From NCBI GenBank assembly GCA_905178155.1, contig CAJINV010000012.1, forward strand, positions 1,112,004 to 1,176,003: DNA of 64,000 bases, read 5' to 3'. Positions 25,336 to 38,679 of the stretch are shown piece after piece (the stretch's first letter is position 1; each line of letters begins with the position of its first letter). This stretch comes from Amoebophrya sp. A120 (taxonomy: Eukaryota > Protista > Dinoflagellata). The position numbers and the translations under genes are program-made. The notes under the pieces are model-generated. The model was not told where the DNA came from and did not search any database. It worked only from the letters and a program-made list of their open reading frames with translations.

Positions 25336-28300
25336 GTACAAAAGACTTTTGTTTGTGTTCACCAGGAGCCTTCCTTCGATCAACATGAAAACGACGACAT
25401 GCGAGGAAAGGGACAAGGGGAAGGGGCCGCTATGTGGCAGGCCATACAGCTACGTACAGGCGCACCGGCCGGGAAGGCCTCGCGGCCCGCCAGGAAGCCG
25501 CCGGTTTGTCCTCAGACACGGTGGGGCGCTCCATTTTCTCCGGTTGGGGGCCCCTCCCAACCGGAAAAAATCGAGCATCCCACCGTGTCTGAGGACGGGC
25601 CGGCGGCTTCCCGACGGGCCGTCGAGGCCTTCCCGTGGCGCCTGTTGCTGTTCTTTTTTCGCCCTTCCCTTCGCATTTTCTGTGGCCTTCAGGTCGGTTC
25701 ATTCCCCCGCCCCTCTTCCGACCTGACTCAACATCTCGCGACCTTGGGGCAGACAAGGGCGGAGGAGTCCTCGTTTGGCCCTCTACTAGCTTTACCCCAC
25801 ACAGAGGGCCGCAATGCTTGGTCCGACATTCGCACGACTTCCCCTCGGCACCGCTACGGAGCCTGCGCGTCTGTCAAAAAGCGGCGCGTCTGCTTTGAGG
25901 GTGCTTGTCGCAAAATAGTCCTCGCGATAGTCGCTAAGCAGCACGCCGGTGGCCGGACAGCCCAGAAGGCATGCGCGCACAGCCGCGCATAGAAATTCGC
26001 GCTGCTCCCGCTGGTGCCACCGAAGGCCGCCAATTGGCACACGGAACGAGGGCGCGCGCGTCAGGGTAGAAGGGGCACAACCTGAAAAGGCCGGGGCGCT
26101 CTTGGGCCGCCCTTTCGTGCTTTTCTGCCCCGTTAGTTGCCGTTTTGTTTTCATTTGGTCGGCGTTTAGGAGCCTTTTTCTTTGCTAGGCCGATTTGTTC
26201 CTAAGCCTTCCTTCGATCAACATGAAAACGACGACATGCGAGGAAACTGAACCTTCCTCTTCCTCTTCCTCTTCCTCTTCCTCTTCCTCCGACAAATCCG
26301 AGCCACGCCCGTTGCTGTCACTGTCGTCTTCGTCACCATGCTCATTTTTGAACTCTGCAAGCATATCGAAGAGCGACTTCCCGGTGAGCCAATCGAAAGC
26401 GAAAGTGTTGGTGGAGATGCTAAAATCTAGCGACGCATACCAAACCTCGCCCTCCCCGGCAAAAGCTTCGAAAATTTCGTCGAACGTGTGCCCGGGCGTG
26501 CGCGGGATCGCTGGAAGGGCGGCATGGAACTCGTAGCCGCTGCTGTGTGATGGCCGGTGGTCCAGCTCCTGAAAACTCACCGACCGGCTATGCCCCTCGC
26601 AGGGTGACAACATGTAGATCTTGTCCACCTGCGGTCTGTTGCCCGCCCCGGACCCCGAACTCGACATACCACCAAAAGCTAAACCGCTGTTCCCGGAGGC
26701 CGGGTCCTTACCGAACACAAGCGCACCAACACGGCCGGAATCCCTTGCGTCCTCTGCGTGCAGAATGGTCCGGACAATCTCGCGTGGCTGCATGTCTCGT
26801 TCAAAGTCGTGCTCTTCGTACGCCATCTGCAGCGAAGTTCCCGCCCAGGAGCGCGGCGCCTTGCACGCTCGCGTGCGGGCATTTGAAATCTCCTGCTGAC
26901 TTTCGGTCCAGTACTTCTGCAGAACGGCCAGTGGTATTGGCAGCTCCGGTCGGCCCGAAGCCGTTCCTGCGGAGGTAGGCCCCGCCTGCGTAGCCGCCGT
27001 TGCCTCCCGGCTCAGTGTCTGTCCCAAAGCGCTGGCCTGGGCCGGGCGCTGCGCTGCTGCGGTAGTGCTGCTAGAGTTGTTCACCCACTGGACCTGGCCG
27101 CCCGCGTCGATTACTACCTGTCCGCCCCGTGAAGAAGAATTTGCCGTGGCGCCACCGCTTCCGAGAGCCGAAGTGGAGACTGACTGTGGTCCACCGCCCC
27201 GTTCCAAGTCGGCCTTCATCCGCTTCGGATATGGGGTGCGCAAAATCCATCAAAGTCAGATAGTGTTTACAAAAAAGAGAAATGGTAAAGACAATTACTA
27301 TCTGAATCTACATCGCACTGCAAACTGGGTGACCAGATGAAATTTGCGCACCTCATATCCGGTCGGGCTCGTAAATTGCTTTTTCTTCCTCCGGCATTTC
27401 TTTCCACCTTTCCGCAGCCTGATGGAAGGTCTCGCGCGCCTGCGCCTGCACGGCGCTGCCGAAGGCTGGGTCAAGGACATCAGGATCGCGAAGGGTAGGG
27501 AGGCCGCGAACATCATTGCGCCCATCGCGTATCCCTTGGCAGCATCCAGCACCGCCGTCGACAACATGAAACCGACCTTCCTTCGATCAACATGAAACCG
27601 ACGACATGCGAGGAAACCACAACAAGAACGCTATTACGAAAGTATCCGTCAACACAAATTCCCAGTACGACATCAACGGGTCCACATATATTCCCGGTAC
27701 GACAATAACGGTGAGGAGAGGGAGGTGGTGGGTGGAGGAGAGGGAGGACGCGCGGCACTACTGCTACTGCTACTTTTACTGCCTACTGCTGCTGAGGTTG
27801 CTTCTCCCGGGGGCGCCGGAGGATGAGGACGGAGCGCCGACGCCCTGACACTATCTGACTCATTACTGCCGGATCTATCTGCAGCTGGCGGTACGGAGAG
27901 GTGGTGGGAGCTGCTACTGCTGCTTGACATACCGGCCTGCGGCAGGGAGGACAGGAGAAGGGAACTACTACTGCTACTGCTGCTTACCTGTGGCGCAGGT
28001 GGACGTTTGCTACTGCTACTGCTGCTGGGGGCGCTTTCGCCAACTGCGACATCATTCCGCGGCGGGGTGGGGAGGGATACAGCGTTACTACTGTTGCTGC
28101 TGCTACTGCTGCACAGCGGCGCCGGCGTGGGAGGAAGAGGGCCGGCGGCTGCAACAAGTCCTACGGCCGGCCGGAAGCTCGGGATGTTGTCACTGCTGAG
28201 GTGGAGGCTCCATAGCTGCTGCGCCGCGCCCTTGAAGAACACCATCAACGCGTCCACCAGCATGTAGTCGATGGGAGGGGCGAGGCCGGTAGTGTGGAAG

Positions 28301-29404
28301 AGGACGGCATTGCTAGTATTCTTCGGGAGGTCGAGGCGTTGTTTGATTTTACTACTGAAGGCCGCGCTGATCTCTTTCTTGGCCGCCAGCGTGAAGAAGG
28401 GAAAAGTCACCACCGAAATGGAGGTGACTGCAGGATAGGCGAAGGCGTTCATCAACATTATAAGCTGCTTGACTCCCCACCCCGTACAAAAGACTTTTGT
28501 TTGTGTTCACCAGGAGCCTTCCTTCGATCAACATGAAAACGACGACATGCGAGGAAAGGGACAAGGGGAAGGGGCCGCTATGTGGCAGGCCATACAGCTA
28601 CGTACAGGCGCACCGGCCGGGAAGGCCTCGCGGCCCGCCAGGAAGCCGCCGGTTTGTCCTCAGACACGGTGGGGCGCTCCATTTTCTCCGGTTGGGGGCC
28701 CCTCCCAACCGGAAAAAATCGAGCATCCCACCGTGTCTGAGGACGGGCCGGCGGCTTCCCGACGGGCCGTCGAGGCCTTCCCGTGGCGCCTGTTGCTGTT
28801 CTTTTTTCGCCCTTCCCTTCGCATTTTCTGTGGCCTTCAGGTCGGTTCATTCCCCCGCCCCTCTTCCGACCTGACTCAACATCTCGCGACCTTGGGGCAG
28901 ACAAGGGCGGAGGAGTCCTCGTTTGGCCCTCTACTAGCTTTACCCCACACAGAGGGCCGCAATGCTTGGTCCGACATTCGCACGACTTCCCCTCGGCACC
29001 GCTACGGAGCCTGCGCGTCTGTCAAAAAGCGGCGCGTCTGCTTTGAGGGTGCTTGTCGCAAAATAGTCCTCGCGATAGTCGCTAAGCAGCACGCCGGTGG
29101 CCGGACAGCCCAGAAGGCATGCGCGCACAGCCGCGCATAGAAATTCGCGCTGCTCCCGCTGGTGCCACCGAAGGCCGCCAATTGGCACACGGAACGAGGG
29201 CGCGCGCGTCAGGGTAGAAGGGGCACAACCTGAAAAGGCCGGGGCGCTCTTGGGCCGCCCTTTCGTGCTTTTCTGCCCCGTTAGTTGCCGTTTTGTTTTC
29301 ATTTGGTCGGCGTTTAGGAGCCTTTTTCTTTGCTAGGCCGATTTGTTCCTAAGCCTTCCTTCGATCAACATGAAACCGACGACATGCGAGGAAACTGAAC
29401 CTTC
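24579..29404. repeat. Direct duplication 24579-26256 / 27727-29404
   Basis: Identical ORF translations at an offset of 3148. Confidence 0.9.
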
Positions 29405-29764
29405 GTGCCGCTCTTGCGGCAGGCAGGGGTCTCGAAAGATAAAATATTAAGTTTTCTCTGTTGATATCAATTGATATCAAATGATATCAAAAGATATCAC
29501 AGAGAAAGTTGAAAGCAAAACAGAGAAAAGTGTAAACAAGAAACAGAAACATAAACAGAATGAGAAGAAACAAAAACAAACATAAGCAAAAACATAAAGG
29601 ATACACATATAAAAACAAACAGAAATGGCTGCTTGCGCATCACAAACTGCCACTTCTGCACAGAAATACCTGTCGCGGCCTCTGAGTTTTCTCTGTGGCG
29701 AGAGGAGTTTTCTCTGTGATACAGAGAAAACTTCCCTCCCACAGAGAAAAGTCGACCTTTGCCG

Positions 29765-30250
29765 AGGGCCGGCATTTCTACTGGAAATCAGAGTAGAAAC
29801 GCCAGGAGGTCTGGAATTCCTACCGAAAATCCAAGAAGAAGTGCCAGCCTGGCGGAAATCCAGGTAGAAAAAATGCCAGGAGGCCCCCCCCTGGCATTCC
29901 TACCGAAAGTCCAGGTAGGTAGAAACGCCAGGAGGGCTGGCAATTCTACTGGAAATCAAGCTAGAAGCGCAAGCGCCATGGCATTCGTGCCAGAGATCGA
30001 AGATCCCTACAGGAAATTTAAGTAGAAATGCCAGCAGGCCTGGCATTCCTACAGGAAATCGAAGCAGAAATACCAGGAGGTCTGGCATTCCTACAGGGAA
30101 TCCAGGCAGAAATACCACCTCAGCCGGCATTTCTACTGGGAATCAAGGCAGAAATGCAAGGCCCAGCATTTCTACTGAGAGAGAATCAAGGTAGGCAGAA
30201 AGGCCCGAGCCGGCATCCTCGCCCGGAATCCAGGTAGAAATGCCTCGGCC
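29765..30250. repeat. Minisatellite of palindromic ~35-40-bp units
   Basis: About 11 units of GGCATT(T/C)CTACNGGAAATCNAGGTAGAAATGCC. Confidence 0.85.
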
Positions 30251-32291
30251 GGCATTAGGGTACCCGCATCGCGCGCGCAGCGCGCGCGAAGAATTATTTC
30301 GCATGGCCTTCCTTCGATCAACATGAAAACGACGCTCTTTTCACCGCTTCGATTTTCTTCGGGGACTACGCGGCCGACATGTCCTCAGGGGATGGGCAGT
30401 CGATGACGCTGTCTTGGCACGAGCTGGACAAGGGGGGCATGCGGGAATTCCTGAATTTTGATTGGGGAAACCAGCCGTGGAGCGATGCCGTCCTTGTATG
30501 GAACGATGTTCCAAGTGTTTTGGTTTATTGCAATCAGGCACACTAGCCCAGTAGTGCTTGTCGCAATGACGATTTCAATTTTGTAGCAGAAGCCCTGCTA
30601 TAAGCAAACGCGGAGAGAGCTGGTACTGGTAATGAGTCTCATCCAAACATGTTTTCATTCACACAAGAACTCGTAATTTTTGTGCCAGCCGTCTGTTGTG
30701 CACGCGACTGTTGATGACGGTCACTGACACTGTTCCCAAATTGAAGGGTAGTTGCCTTGTTTGCCGCATGCGTTTTGCCAAAACTCCCTTTGCCCTGGTT
30801 GATAAAGGGAAAAGGGCTTGATGTCGCCTGGCACGCCCGCCGTCGGACACACGGGTGTCGTCCAACTCCTGAGCAAAATCGGCAGCGGGCGAATCATCTT
30901 CTCGCATTTCTTTTTTTGTGTCACGTACTTATACTCATGATCCTATTCCTAATCCTTCCTCTCTAATTTCGCTTTTGTTGTACCAGTTCGAATTTTGCAC
31001 ACGCACGCGCGGGTCTGCATGCAGTAATTACTTGCTGACCCGACCGCCGAGCAATTTCTATTTCTACAAGTTGCAGACTCGGTCACAGCTTACTTTGTAA
31101 ACTGACACTCACTCACAGTAACCGACGCTATTATATATGGGATCGTTTCAACGCTTAAAATAAAAAAAATTAATTTTTTGCAATTCAAGGGGTTATATAA
31201 AATGAAAATCATCAGAAGGTGATGCGGGAACTGCCGCCGTCGCGGGCCTCCCAGGTGAACATCTCCGGCTTGTGTTTTGTTCATGGTAATGAAATTTCTA
31301 GACACGTCCCAACTTAAGCTAGTTGAAATGATATGGAAGCTGGAGTCTGTCATCGCGGCAGTAGCAGTTCTAATACCAAGCGCCTTGGTATGGAGAACGT
31401 CGCCAGGGCGATCCGGGCCAGCGGGGAAACTGAACCTTCGTCGTCATGGTGACCTTCGATCAACATGAAAGCGACGACATGCGAGGAAACTGAACCTTCG
31501 TGCCGCTCTTGCGGCGATACATCACCATGACATAAAAAACAACCGTGAAAAATCACGAATCCATTCGAGCAAACAAAAGGAGCCCCTTGCTTTTTCAAGC
31601 AAAGGTGGAACCATGCTGCTACAAGTGCAATAGATTCATGAATTTCTAGATTGAATTATATTGAAACTGAAACCATATTGAAGTAACGAAAAATCATGTT
31701 GATGTAAATGAGCATACTGTGAAGTGAAGCAGCTTGAAACATTCCTCTGTGAATTTTCTGTATCTGTTCGCACAATCAAGCTGCAACATTCTTGAAGCCA
31801 TCATGTGCCCAAAAAAAATTGTAAATAGTATATTGACTTGTTTAAGAAACAACTATGCTGGAAATGGACCAGATTTTGATTTTGTGGCTCGTCTGACTGT
31901 GCATTTTTTCTTACCTTGTGCATGTAAAAACTCGGAGGATGGCACATTCCATATCCAATTCGAGTTGAATTGGAGATAATTGAGGTACTCGTTGCCGTAC
32001 AACTTTATTTGCCTAGAATTGGACTTTTTTTGCGAGTAAGGAGGTGAGTCAGCATTATTTTCATTTTTCCTTCTGCAAGGTAGTTGACTTTCTTTCTAGC
32101 CCGGGGTCGTCGTGACAGACGTGTTGGAGATTTTTCATAGTTTAGGTTTACATGTGAAGAAGAAGTACTAAACGCGGAAAATTTTTAGATGGAAAGTAGA
32201 CCTGAAAATCGTATTCATGGTGTACAACAACTCGTCGTGGTTGTGCTAACGAACAAGCGAGGAAAGAAATCCAGTGTACAATAGCTGTTTT

Positions 32292-35200
32292 TTACGCACT
32301 CGACGCCTGCAGGTACTTGTTCTCCTGTTCGGCAAAAGCTTCGCTGAGCTGCTGACTCCCCCCGAACAACCGCTTGAAGGCTCGGCGATCCAGCATGAGC
32401 AGTGTGGAGTCCTTGACCGCGGTCACCGTTGCAGCCCGCACCTGGTCCTTAAGCAGCGTCAGCTCGCCAAAGAAATCCCCCGCATGGTAGTCCAGCGCTT
32501 TGTCTGATTTTATTTTATATCGGGTGTTCATTTTATTTCTCATGCGAGCGATTCTGCATGAGGAACAACCAACATCCTGATCCTTGTCATGCATATCGCG
32601 CAAATAATAAAACTTATACCTTCCATCCCCTCCTTCACGGCTTTGCACTGCCCGTCTTCCACGATGTAAAACTTGTCCCCGGTGTCCCCCTCCTGGATGA
32701 TAACTTCCCCCTCCTTAAACGCCTCGGCCACCAGACCCTTATGCATTGCAAACATGTCTGAGTCTGGAAACTTGTCATGCTGGGTGGCGTAATATCATGA
32801 GGAGACCACAAGTGCTGGCTCAACATGCCAAGTTTCTGAGCTGCTAGGTCGCGTTGCCTATTCTGCATGACAAAGACAAACTGCGTTTCTGCATGACAGA
32901 AAAGCGAGGCTCTACTTGGGTAACGTGCACGACAGATTCAAGAGTCATGCCAGACAAGCATGACAAACGTGCATTCTTCCAGAGCCAGACACTTTTGCAT
33001 TTGATAACCCTCGCAGATGTGCGATCGCTCGTAGGAGTCGACGGTCTTCAACAGCGGCACTTTGGCGAGGAACCCCTCGTATATGAATGTGCACCAATCC
33101 CCCTCCCTCTCGTTTGTCATGCAAGATGCCCAAAAATCCAGGCTGTGGTGTGCCTCTTGGCACTGTTTGCATGACAAGTTCTGGCAGCCCAAGTTAATAG
33201 CACTGCAAACCTCCTCTGCAAATCTGTCATGCAAAACCTGCATTCTCGCTGGCGCTTGTATTGCCGTTCATCATGCTACACAAATGAGGAGGAGGGGAAG
33301 TTGTGCACTGTCATATCGTAGCGCTCCCGCTTTTTCTGTGCGGACTCCTTCACGATGGCGTTGAACGATTTTCGGTCCAGCTTCCAGAGCACGCAGTCGG
33401 TCTTGGCGTCCACGTTTGCAGCCCGGACGGTGTTATACAAAACCGCCAACTCACCGAAAACGTCGCCTGAGAGGTGATAGATGAGGAAGCCGCGTTGGAC
33501 AAAAAATTCAAAATCTTAATCTCTATTGCGGTAATTCCATCAGAATTTGTCGTGCAAGAACAGCATGATAGATCTTCTTGATCACATGAAGTTTTGTACC
33601 TTCCTCCACCGTTTTCAGCAAAGTGTCCTTTCCGTTGATTTCCTTTCGGCACTCCAGTGCCCCAGATTCGATCACAAGTATGGATGTGGGAACGGTTCTT
33701 GCTGTGCTTCATGCGATTTTTGCTTTTTCTGCATCACAAACTTTCCTTCGGCGTGACAAATTTTGACTTTTGAAATTTAAATTTCATGTGCTATGCAGAA
33801 AATAACGCATGAGAAAACCAGCATGTCCCTTGATGTATGGGAGTGTCAGGATCGAAATCGACAAAATCGAAATAATCTGTAATGCATAAAATGCTACGCA
33901 GAGAGCGACTCTATTGCAGAGGATGCAAGGAAGGCGGATTGTAGTCCTGGTAAGGGTTAAGTATTGGGCTGCTGACTAGCATGACAGAAGGCAGCTCTTT
34001 TGCCCTAAACCGCATGACAGATTCGCTTCCAGGACGAGGAGAATTTGTCATGCGCCGACTACAAACTGTGGGTCTAACTGGCATCGATTTTGTGCATCAC
34101 AAGTTTTGCGATTTTGACAATTTCGATTCTGACACTTCCATATGATGTGCCGGAAACATAACGAACAGAAACTCGCCGATATCGCCTATGTTGATCATGT
34201 ATGAACTGCAAAAGTATCGTAGTCGTATAAATGCATGACAAATTTCCTAAGCATGAGAAATAGAATTTGTAATGCAGAACTGCCTTAAGGACAAGATTTG
34301 TAATGCATGATTACTTAGTACGATACGATACTTTTGCATTTCATATCATGCGCTCGCCCTCCTTTGCGTGCACCTCCTCCATAGCGCCAATAACCTAATT
34401 ATAGGTTTTTACTGTTTTTCGCATGACAAATTTGCTGTGTCATGCCAGAAAGGATGAGGGAAAAACGATTTATATCTATACATCGACTTGTAATGCGGAT
34501 CATGCAGCTGAAGTGGGATCTGTATTGCTGCTTTGCATCACAAAAAACGAGTTATAGCAATACCTGCTTCATCTCTTTGGCGTCCAGTGCTCGGAACATA
34601 AAGGATTTTGACAAGGTCTCCTTTAGTCGGCTCTCCTGGTCCTCCGATTTGGGATAGACTGGTACTTCAAACGCTTCTTTCTTGTTCCACTCACCGTAGG
34701 CCTCCGCCGACACGGAACCACCTGATAGATCAAATTTTTCGAAAGTGTTGTTCTTGCAGTGGTTTGCACATGACAAATTACAGCATTCATGGTGGTTCCT
34801 GCATCACAACGTCATGTGCTCCTGCGCATATCAATTTGTGATGCAGAAACTAGCTACATCAAAAAGCAAAGCACTTCTATACGCATCTTTGTGCTGGCTT
34901 TGTGGTTGAAGGCGGAATCGGACATGACGTCATCGTCGTTTATCCTGTGTAAAAACGTCCCCAGCCCGGAGTTGTATGTAATGCGAATCTGCATGCTTAA
35001 AAGGTTTCTCATGCTCGCGGAGCCCCACGACGAGAAGCATTTTCTAGCTGTGTTGTGGACTTTGTCATGCTCCGATCAGCATGATATACGAGGTCTGTGA
35101 TGCTGCTGAGCTAGCTCAAGCAGCACTACAGTAGGCACGAGTCCAAATTTGTCATGCAAAACAGCCAAAACTTGTGCATTTGTCTAGCAGATTCCCCATT

Positions 35201-35589
35201 TTGACTATGGGATGGGGACGTTTTTGCACAGGATATCGTTATCCTCCTCTTCTTCTTCGAGATCTGGATCCACAACCTTCTCAAACTCCTGTTTGCTGGC
35301 GGAGGGTATGGCAGGGGAAAACACAACTACTTGAGTTCCACAGACAAAGGAATTCCTGACTCGATGCTTCCACAGGCAACAACGGCTGCTGCAGCAGATT
35401 GGTATAATTACCGCTACACTTCCTTGGCTCACTCTGATCCGAAATTCAAAATTGTCATGCGTTAGTGCATCAAGCACGATCATCACATCCTTTCTTTCTA
35501 GTAGAGTCATGCTGTTTTCCCCACACCATACCCTTCTGATCCGTGTCGCCAACCTGGTTGGCCATCTTGGATCCCGTGCACCCGCCCAT
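32292..35589 (-). CDS. pkaR: cAMP-dependent protein kinase regulatory subunit, N-acylated type
   Basis: MGGCTGSK N-terminus; inhibitor site KMRGSVSAEAYG; PKSEDQESRL; two CNB domains (FGELAVLYN..RAA; FFGELTLLKDQVRAAT). Confidence 0.92.
32740..33006. mobile_element. Introner family A
   Basis: TIR; TSD ACCCT/ACCCT; HICEG|LVAEAF. Confidence 0.9.
33082..33315. mobile_element. Introner family F
   Basis: TIR; TSD TCGTA/TCGTA. Confidence 0.9.
33679..34160. mobile_element. Old introner hosting a nested family E introner (33836-34142)
   Basis: Outer TAT/ATA ends restore FLFV|IESG; inner TSD TGATG/TGATG. Confidence 0.8.
34200..34345. mobile_element. Introner family D (TATG.A.TGCAAAAGTATCGTA)
   Basis: TIR; TSD TCATG/TCATG. 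Confidence 0.9.
34941..35235. mobile_element. Introner family B
   Basis: TIR; TSD TCGTT/TCGTT. Confidence 0.9.
35307..35530. mobile_element. Introner with TIR but no recognisable TSD
   Basis: TATGGCAGGGGAAAAC / GTTTTCCCCACACCATA; removing element plus 5 nt keeps the frame. Confidence 0.7.
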
Positions 35590-38500
35590 GATGGTTGTAG
35601 AAGAGTACTTTTGAATGAAGATAAGAGATTCGAAGATGACAGGATTTTATCAAGAAAAATCTTGGCGCACTGCTATAATTCTCCAGCTTGAAGAAAATGT
35701 AGAGAGACAAGTTTTCACCCTAAGCCTTCTAGTATTCTTTAGTGTTCTTCCAACTTCTTCTTGTTGCTCCTCATTAAGTTGTAATAATATCCGCCTCGTC
35801 TTCTTGTCATTCTCTCGCCCTCCAAGGTGATAGGTAGGTTTTACTTTTATTTGTCCTCGCTTTTTCAAATATACACAGCATGTCGCTTCGCAGCTTTGAT
35901 TCACAGGGAGTGTAATTACGGGCTGTCCAGACTAACTGTTATGCCACAGGTTTTGTGCCACATGGGTGTACTTATTGTGCCACATGAGTGATTTGGGTTT
36001 CCATCTGCACTTCAGGTAGACGAGAATGCTCATACTACAGTGGGCTACGTACTGGATTCAGAAGACAAGAAGCAAACAACAAAAGCAAATTTGCACGTAA
36101 CAAAAAAACATCCGAAAAAAACAAAACCGAGACAAGACCGAGTGGGGACGTAGAGGACGCAGAAGTAGAATGTTGTAGACGTAAAGCGAAAACTTAGACA
36201 CCCTTTGCAACATCGACGTGCTAATTTGTATGACTTGCACATGGACGGCCTTTTTTGTATGTACGGTGGCGAAAAAACATGGTTGTGTCTGTGTCTCGCT
36301 CCAGCCAGTCAATTTCAAAAAAAACGTCAAGCAGAAGATACAGGGACTCTCTCACATGGAACAAGTTTTTGGAGCCACAGTCAGATACGCATTGTGAAGT
36401 ACCCATCTCCTCGACTGTCGCGCGGAGAGCCACTCAGACAGCCATGTAGGTAGAGGCGCAAGAAGTGCAAGCACACGCGTGAAAGCGTCGCAAAAGCCAG
36501 ACTGCTGCGTATCCATGTCGACACGCAACAAAAGATAGCACGCATGAATGCGACCCGGCCTGCTCCCGTGCCAGGAACAATCAAGTGCGCTCCACAAAGG
36601 CCATCGTACCAACACGCCTGCGCCACTGGGGCGGGCTCGTCGCGGGGCCGCGTCCATTCATAATTAAAAATGGTAGAGGCCGGCTGCCTCCGGCCCGGTG
36701 GCCGGCCGGGGGGCAACCAAAGGCGTGCGGCGCGGGCGGCTTCTGGGGCGCGGCGGGCAGACCTCGGGCTGTGGCGGGCCCGCCGCGCCGGCCAGGCGGG
36801 CGGCCCACCTCCCGCCCTCTTTCCGCTTGATAGAGCCGGGGTGGGCTGGGCGCCAAAGCAGGGGAATGAGGCGCGCGCCCCCGGCCTCGCTACGCATGTG
36901 CGCCGGGTAGTCCTGGAAGCGATCGGCCACGTTCGCGGCAAGGGAAAGAACTGTCGCTCCATGTCCTTTCTGGCGCGTCGGCCGGGCGCACTGCGCCGAC
37001 GGCGGCTGGCCGCCCAAATATTGCGCGAAAACTTCCGCAGCGAAGCCCGCCTCTGCCGGTGCCAACGCACAGACTCGCCGGGCACTTCAGGCGGGTGCGT
37101 TGCGTCCCCCGCCGCGTTCTTTCAGCAGGAAACCAGCGGCGCCCTTCCTTCGCGCGGCCCAATGCGCCTGGGGACGAGACGCGGGGCAGAGGTCCCCAAA
37201 GCCGCGCAGCACAGGCGGGGCAGAAGCCCGCCGCCGTAACTGCCCCGCTGCGCCCAGAATAGCGGGGCCCTGCAGTGAAACTGTGACGGCGATAACGACA
37301 TCAATCACAGAGGATGGAAGGCAAATTTGGAAAGCGCTATTAAGTAGGTGTCCCTCAGGTAGAGCTCTCGCAAAAACGGCTCGCTCGCGAAAGTTACGCC
37401 TGGATCTCTCTAAAAAGAGCAGGAATGGAGGCACTCAGACCGCCCGCATAGAACAACAGCTCGGCGCACTTCTTTGCAGGTGCAAGCCCACCACAAAAGC
37501 GACCACATGACCATGCGCAATCGCTCTGTCCAAACTTCGCCGCCGACATCAATTATACACGAGCCTCGTCATAAACTCGCTCTCCTCCGTATCTGGTCTT
37601 TCCGTAGCACGTAAAGCTGCAGGACCAAATTCACAGCAGAGTCGACCAGCATGGCTAATGAGAGCCATTTCAGAAATGTGTCGTCCTCTATGTGTAGTGC
37701 TAGCAAGACAGCCCAGAAGACAAATAGCAGCGCTATCACTGTCCACTTGACAATGTGGATTTTTCTCTTCTGCTCACTTGTGAGATCCTCCCATTCGCCA
37801 GCCCCGACCCGTCCGGCGTAACACGCTTCGCAAGCGAAGAAGAGAAAAGCGGTGAGAACCATGATTCATGTTTCACCACTTCATGGTGGAGATGATGACG
37901 ATCACTCTTCTGCCTGGCACAGAGGTTAATGATCGCATCCGCGCACGGGTGTTGCAAAGTTGGGTGCGCTCATAGCTTCTTTGCTTTCTCAACCCGCACA
38001 TGTGAACACATGAACATTTGTTCTGTACCTTTAGCGCCTCGGCCGATATCCATGGATCCGTGCCTTCTCACGTAACTTGATGGAAACAACAAAGGGCGGG
38101 GCGGCAATCCGCATACACAATGCTTCGCAGCCGGCAGAAAAGAGGCGTCAATGAATGATCTATCAGTCACTCTAGGTGGTCCGGCCGGCGCGCACGTCGA
38201 TGAGGCTGGGCGGGCCCGAAGTCCCTCGCCCGGATGCAAGACCCCGGCCCCCGCGGAGCCTTGTGCCCTGATGCCTAGGCTCAGCCAGAACACTCGGCCC
38301 GGGCGGCCGCGGCGGCGGGCCCGGCCGACCAAGAGGGCCAGCGGCGGCAACCGAAAGTAAGAGCCCGGCGAGCCCGCCCGCCGGGCAACATTACCGCGGG
38401 GGAATCCGTGGCGCACAGAGTCCGGGGGCGCTCGGGGGCGCCCGGCGAAGGGCCCACAGGAAGCCCACGGGGCCCAAGACGGGCGGCACCTTGCAGCCGC

Positions 38501-38679
38501 GCGCGCGCGCACCGCCTTGCCGCGGCGCTCTCTCTTCGCGCTTCTTTTTTTTACCATTCTGCCGGGCGTCCGGCGAGGTAAAAACCCAGCCACACGCCGT
38601 CCACAGGAGCAGCGTAGCCAAAGGGCCCACGCCGTCCCTTGGGGCCCCGAGCCTGGGCTTGTCGCTACTTCCTTCACCG

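Noticed and set aside
29765-30250. CRISPR array
   Set aside because: Linkers are very short and related to each other, there are no cas genes, and the context is eukaryotic.
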